Assembly (NCBI GenBank): GCA_964607595.1
Contig: CAZSLT010000001.1
Location: forward strand, 1 to 48,758
From: an uncultured Phycisphaeraceae bacterium
GTDB taxonomy: Bacteria; Planctomycetota; Phycisphaerae; Phycisphaerales; UBA1924
Direction of reading: 5' to 3'
DNA: 48,758 nucleotides
Both the position numbers and the translations under genes were made by a program. Under the pieces are notes generated by a model. It was not told where the DNA came from. It was given only the letters and a program-made list of their open reading frames with translations, and did no database searches. This document shows, piece by piece, positions 44,842-48,758 of this stretch. Position 1 is the first letter of the stretch, and the number at the start of each line of letters is the position of its first letter.

Positions 44842-47800
44842 CCTCGAACGCCGGGCCGCCGCGGCGTTCGATCGGGTCTTCGGCCTCTCGGGTGAGAGTC
44901 TGACCGTCGCGCTGCACCAGGAATGCGGCGATGACGCCTCCCTTCGCGCCCGCGTCGAGGAACTCCTGCGAGCCGCCGAAAGAGAAGCGTTCTTTCTGGA
45001 CGGCAATTTCGCGACCCCGGGAGACCTCAACACGCCACCGGTGGGCGGGACCGAGGAGTGGGGGGGCGAGTCGGGCGATGCCCTGCCCGCAAGGATCGGC
45101 GACTGCGAGATCCTCGGCGTGCTCGGGACCGGCGGGATGGGCATCGTCTACGAGGGCAGGCAGGATCAGCCGCGACGCCCGGTCGCGATCAAGGTCGTGC
45201 GCGCGCCCGGCGTCACCCGCGCCGGCCTGGCGCGATTCCGTCAGGAGGCGGAACTGCTCGGGCGGCTCGACCACCCCGGAATCGCCAAGGTATTCAGCGT
45301 CGGGATCCATAAGACGCCCGCCGGCGATTTCCCGTTCCTGGTCATGGAGCTGATCCCGGGCGCCACACCCATCACGCAGCACGCGCAGTCGCGCCGGCTC
45401 TCGTGGCACCAGCGACTGGAGATGCTCGCCGACGCATGCGACGCCGTCCAGGCCGCGCACACCGCGCTCATTGTCCACCGCGATCTCAAACCCGCCAACA
45501 TTCTCGTCGGCGCCGACGGGCGGGTCCGCGTCATCGACTTCGGCATCGCCAAATCGCTCTCGCCCGACGCCGGCCTCCCCACCATCCCCACCGAGGGGTC
45601 GAGAGTCGTCGGGACCGTCCATTACATGAGCCCGGAACTCCTGACTCGCGGGGCGACTGCGGCCAGCACACAGTCCGATGTCTTCTCCCTCGGCGTGTCC
45701 ATGCACGAACTCCTGCTCGGGACGCGCCCGTTCGGCGATGATCAGACGACCATGTTCGAGGTCATGCGCCGCATCACCACGGCGACCGCCCCCCCGGACT
45801 CAAAGGCGTTCCGCGGCCTCAACCCCGATCTTCGCACCATCCTCGGCAAGGCCATCGCCCCCGATCCGCGCCACCGCTACGCAACGGCGCGGGACCTGGC
45901 CGACGACATCCGCAACTTCCTCGCCCGCCGCCCGATCGCCGCACGCCCGCAGAGCCGCGCCTACCTGGCGGCGATGTTCGTCCGGCGTCACCGCGTCGCA
46001 ACGGCGCTCTCCACGATCGCGGTCCTGGCCCTGATCACGCTCACCGTGTACAGCGTCGCGGCCGGCATCGGTGAGAAGAACGCCCGCATCCTCGCCGATG
46101 ATCGCGCCGTCGCCGCTTCAAAGGAACTCTACAGAGCACTGATGGGCTCCGCCGCCCGCGCCATCGAGGACGGCGACACCGCCACCGCCGTCAAACAACT
46201 CAGAGTGGCGCCCGAGGAGTGGCGCGGCCGCGAACATGCGCTGCTGACGGCGATGGTTTCGTCCGCCAGCCGTGTCGTTAAGACCGGATCATCCATCGAA
46301 TCACTCGCGATCGCCGCTGACGGCTCGGTCCGGTTCGTCAGCAGGTTGGGCACGGGCGAGTGGAACGATCGCGGCATTGAGACGACTCAGTTGATCCCGC
46401 TCCCTCAAGGAGGAGGACCGCCGCCCCGCCTCGTTCACCACTCGACGGACCCCGAACTGAAGATCGTCGCCCACGAAGCGCCGTCGGCCATGGAGACCGC
46501 GCGGCTCATCTTCGAACGCGCCGGACAAGCCGCCCAGACTCTCAACGGGACCATCACCCGTCTGATGGCCTCCGCGATCGATCCGTCTGGCCAACTCTTG
46601 GCGATCAGCGGCCCGGCGATGGCCATCGACGGACGCACCGTCGTTATCGATACCGTCCGGGGCGAGGTCACGGGATCGATCGACCGGATGGGCGCGGTCG
46701 TCTTCTCCCCGGATGGATCGACCCTCTGGATCGCCGGCATGGGGCTGTCTCGTCTCGACCTGCGTACGGGGATCGCCGAGCACGACCTCGCCGATGGCCT
46801 CGAAGGCCGCTGCGAGTCGATCGCGATCAGCGCGGATGGCGCAAGGTTGGCGGTCAGGTCCACGGTCGCCGTCCATGTCTTTGATCCGATCGGATTGAGC
46901 CTGGTGCGGGAGATTCGGTCCGTTGGGTCGGGCCCCATCGCCCTTGACGAGACAGGGCGCTGGCTCGCGATCGCGGACGGTCAAGTCGTGACGCTCATCG
47001 AGACGGACACCGGCGCCGTCGCGGAACGGCTAAGGTCGCCGACATCGACTCCCGTCGCGATCGCGTGTTCCTCGGTCCATGATCGTCTTGTCGCGGCCGA
47101 GAGCGACGGCACGCTCCACTCGTGGGACTCGCTGATGACCCGCATCGAGGATCAACGCCGCGTCTCCGAACAGTTCGGAGTGTCCGCCGACGGGAGCGTG
47201 ATCTGGACGATCTCCGCGGAGCCCGAAGACAGCCCCGAGCTGCGGCTCCTGAGCACGAGAGCCGCCGGCGAGGGTCACACCGTGCCCGTAACGAAGGCCC
47301 CCACAATCGCCGCTCTCAGCAAGGACGGCCGCTGGCTCGCGTGGTCGGAGTCGGACGGACGCCTCATGCTCCGCGCCCCCGACGGGGCGGTGCGGACGGT
47401 CCCTCCGGATGGCGCGATGGCGATCAGTCACCTCGCGGGGTTCGGCTCCGATGAACCGTTGATCGCCTGCTGCGTTTCGGCCTATGGGCGCGACCCCGAG
47501 TGGCGGATCATCCAATCTGGCGACGCCGCGCAGACGGTCTACTCCGGGCCGGCCGACGGTCTGATCGATCTCCGCGAAACCCCCGACGGAGGCCTGCTCG
47601 CGGTGTTTGTGGATCGGCTGGAAGTTTTCAATCCGATGGGACACCGAGCCTCGGAAATCAAGCTGCCCGAGATGCCCTTCCTGGCCCGCAACACTCCCGA
47701 CAGTCAGACCATCGCGGCACTCTTCGTTGATGGCGGCATCAGCGTGATATCCGCCCTCACTGGCGCGGAGGCGTGGCGTCTCGCATCGGGCTGGTCCGGG

Positions 47801-48028
47801 CCGGAAGTACTGGCGATGTCCATTGAGTCGCCGGACCGCATCACGCTCATCCGCTCCGACGGCGTCCTGGGCGTCTGGGACCGCGCCTTCGGCGATGAAC
47901 CCATCATGACGATCTCGCTTGTCGAGCCATCCGAACGCCCGAGGGCCGCCGAGGTGAGCCGCGACGGTGTGATCTTTCTCGGCCTTGCGGGCGGAGGTCT
48001 CCGTGTCCACGGGCGGCCCGAGGACTGA
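44831..48028 (+). CDS. Ser/Thr protein kinase with one TM helix and a degenerate WD40-like beta-propeller region
   Basis: Kinase motifs GTGGMGIVY, VAIKVV, HRDLKPANIL, IDFGIA, YMSPEL. TM helix ALSTIAVLALITLTVYSVAA. Repeated ..SxDGxxLA.. units (FSPDGSTLWIAG, ISADGARLAV, LSKDGRWLAWSESDGRLML) lack the GH/WD dipeptides. ATG 44831 overlaps the sigma gene by 11 nt. Confidence 0.85.
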   Translation: MDLDLERRAAAAFDRVFGLSGESLTVALHQECGDDASLRARVEELLRAAEREAFFLDGNFATPGDLNTPPVGGTEEWGGESGDALPARIGDCEILGVLGTGGMGIVYEGRQDQPRRPVAIKVVRAPGVTRAGLARFRQEAELLGRLDHPGIAKVFSVGIHKTPAGDFPFLVMELIPGATPITQHAQSRRLSWHQRLEMLADACDAVQAAHTALIVHRDLKPANILVGADGRVRVIDFGIAKSLSPDAGLPTIPTEGSRVVGTVHYMSPELLTRGATAASTQSDVFSLGVSMHELLLGTRPFGDDQTTMFEVMRRITTATAPPDSKAFRGLNPDLRTILGKAIAPDPRHRYATARDLADDIRNFLARRPIAARPQSRAYLAAMFVRRHRVATALSTIAVLALITLTVYSVAAGIGEKNARILADDRAVAASKELYRALMGSAARAIEDGDTATAVKQLRVAPEEWRGREHALLTAMVSSASRVVKTGSSIESLAIAADGSVRFVSRLGTGEWNDRGIETTQLIPLPQGGGPPPRLVHHSTDPELKIVAHEAPSAMETARLIFERAGQAAQTLNGTITRLMASAIDPSGQLLAISGPAMAIDGRTVVIDTVRGEVTGSIDRMGAVVFSPDGSTLWIAGMGLSRLDLRTGIAEHDLADGLEGRCESIAISADGARLAVRSTVAVHVFDPIGLSLVREIRSVGSGPIALDETGRWLAIADGQVVTLIETDTGAVAERLRSPTSTPVAIACSSVHDRLVAAESDGTLHSWDSLMTRIEDQRRVSEQFGVSADGSVIWTISAEPEDSPELRLLSTRAAGEGHTVPVTKAPTIAALSKDGRWLAWSESDGRLMLRAPDGAVRTVPPDGAMAISHLAGFGSDEPLIACCVSAYGRDPEWRIIQSGDAAQTVYSGPADGLIDLRETPDGGLLAVFVDRLEVFNPMGHRASEIKLPEMPFLARNTPDSQTIAALFVDGGISVISALTGAEAWRLASGWSGPEVLAMSIESPDRITLIRSDGVLGVWDRAFGDEPIMTISLVEPSERPRAAEVSRDGVIFLGLAGGGLRVHGRPED

Positions 48029-48033
48029 TGCGT

Positions 48034-48360
48034 TCACACCGGCTCCTCGACCCAGCCGAGCCAGGTCTGCGGGCCGACATTCGGCACGATGATGCAGTAC
48101 TGATGCAGCCGCTGATGCGTCGGCTCCATCTGCTGCCCCAGCAGCGCTACTTGCGTGTCTGCGAGGGCGGTATCGGTGGGCGGATCGCCGCATGAACTCC
48201 CGCTGTTCGTCCAGCCGCTCTCGAACCGCCACTCCGTCCAGGAGTATTGGATGCCGCCAACGGTCCCAGTGCACGCCCACCGCCGCTGCAAGCCATGATG
48301 CAATGTGCCGCTGATGCATGCCCATACCGTCTGGGTGAGTTTGGTCGCTTCGCAAGTCAT
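48034..48360 (-). CDS. Hypothetical small Trp/Cys-rich protein (108 aa)
   Basis: GGAGG lies 7 nt upstream of ATG 48360. About 80% of codons end in G/C by my count. I see no signal peptide and no recognisable family. It is convergent with the kinase gene, with 5 nt between the stops. Confidence 0.5.
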   Translation of the reverse strand: MTCEATKLTQTVWACISGTLHHGLQRRWACTGTVGGIQYSWTEWRFESGWTNSGSSCGDPPTDTALADTQVALLGQQMEPTHQRLHQYCIIVPNVGPQTWLGWVEEPV

Positions 48361-48758
48361 CGTTCGACCTCCTCTGAGTAGGCGGTGTCCGATGACCCCA
48401 TACGACCAAGCGATGATCCCCCGTCAGTTTTGTCGGGTGTGTCAGAGATCCCCGTATAGGGGGGAGCGAGGGCTCAGGCCAGGCGTCGGGCGGTCATTCC
48501 GCCTCGCCCGCAGCGGTCAACCTCCTCGTTCGATCTGCACGCCGCGTCGGAGTCCTCCATCTCCCGCGGCATCGGGTCAGCCCGGCCGGGCCCTCCAGAC
48601 CCGCCCGGGCATGCAGACAACGCGTGCTCCCGCTTCGTACCTCGATAAAGCGCCAAGAGGATCGGGCGCCTAAAGGCGGTTTCGAGCGGGAGCAAAAAAA
48701 GAACGATCGGGGCTCGCGATCGGGCTCGTGTACGTGCCGCTCTCGTCGATCGAGGCGA

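Noticed and set aside
48670-48756. A possible 3' end of a minus-strand CDS entering from beyond the right window edge (ASIDESGTYTSPIASPDRSFFAPARNRL*, stop at 48670-48672).
   Set aside because: The first 16 codons all end in G/C, which is suggestive. However, only 28 codons are visible and the last third loses the bias, so this is too little evidence to call a feature. ORFs 48305..48673 (+) and 48474..48695 (-) in the same region have no RBS or motif support either.

Overview
High-GC bacterial chromosomal window. The 60-nt lines I counted by hand in the flanks of the lipoprotein gene gave about 63-73% G+C. It is almost fully coding and carries the very long spurious antisense ORFs typical of such genomes. 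The gene content resembles Planctomycetota-like genomes (PEP-CTERM-type cargo, ECF sigma/Ser-Thr kinase pairs with beta-propellers, a BatA/MoxR/DUF58/VWA cluster, PBP2+RodA), but taxonomy cannot be proven from this window.

Layout:
(i) 1-10.7 kb, plus strand, tightly packed housekeeping string: partial CDS, folE2, mrdA (PBP2), rodA, rsmG, a dinG-family helicase, phosphomanno/glucomutase, and a membrane-inserted KAP-like P-loop NTPase.
(ii) 10.7-29.8 kb, an unbroken run of 13 minus-strand genes, mostly joined by 4-nt start/stop overlaps. In transcription order: coiled-coil membrane protein, FbpA/ThiB-like binding protein, two-domain ABC permease fused to an NHL propeller, giant VWA protein, MoxR ATPase, a low-GC lipoprotein, DUF58, BatA-type VWA protein, a 696-aa unknown, ABC ATPase, ABC-2 permease, thiS, thiG.
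(iii) 30-34.3 kb: MscK-like mechanosensitive channel, tRNA-Gly(UCC), single-domain globin.
(iv) 34.4-48.0 kb: two paralogous ECF-sigma/Ser-Thr-kinase/beta-propeller modules bracket three PEP-CTERM-type secreted proteins. A 447-nt structured divergent spacer separates one module from the cargo genes.
(v) A small Trp/Cys-rich ORF at the right end.

I saw no rRNA, CRISPR array, transposase, integrase or phage genes.

Best candidates for something undescribed:
- the sigma/kinase-PEP-CTERM island and its repeat-bearing spacer
- the atypical MoxR/VWA super-operon, with its compositionally foreign lipoprotein wedge, ATPase-less importer and permease-NHL fusion
- the KAP-like NTPase

All functional calls come from motif recognition by eye. 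No database search was possible.
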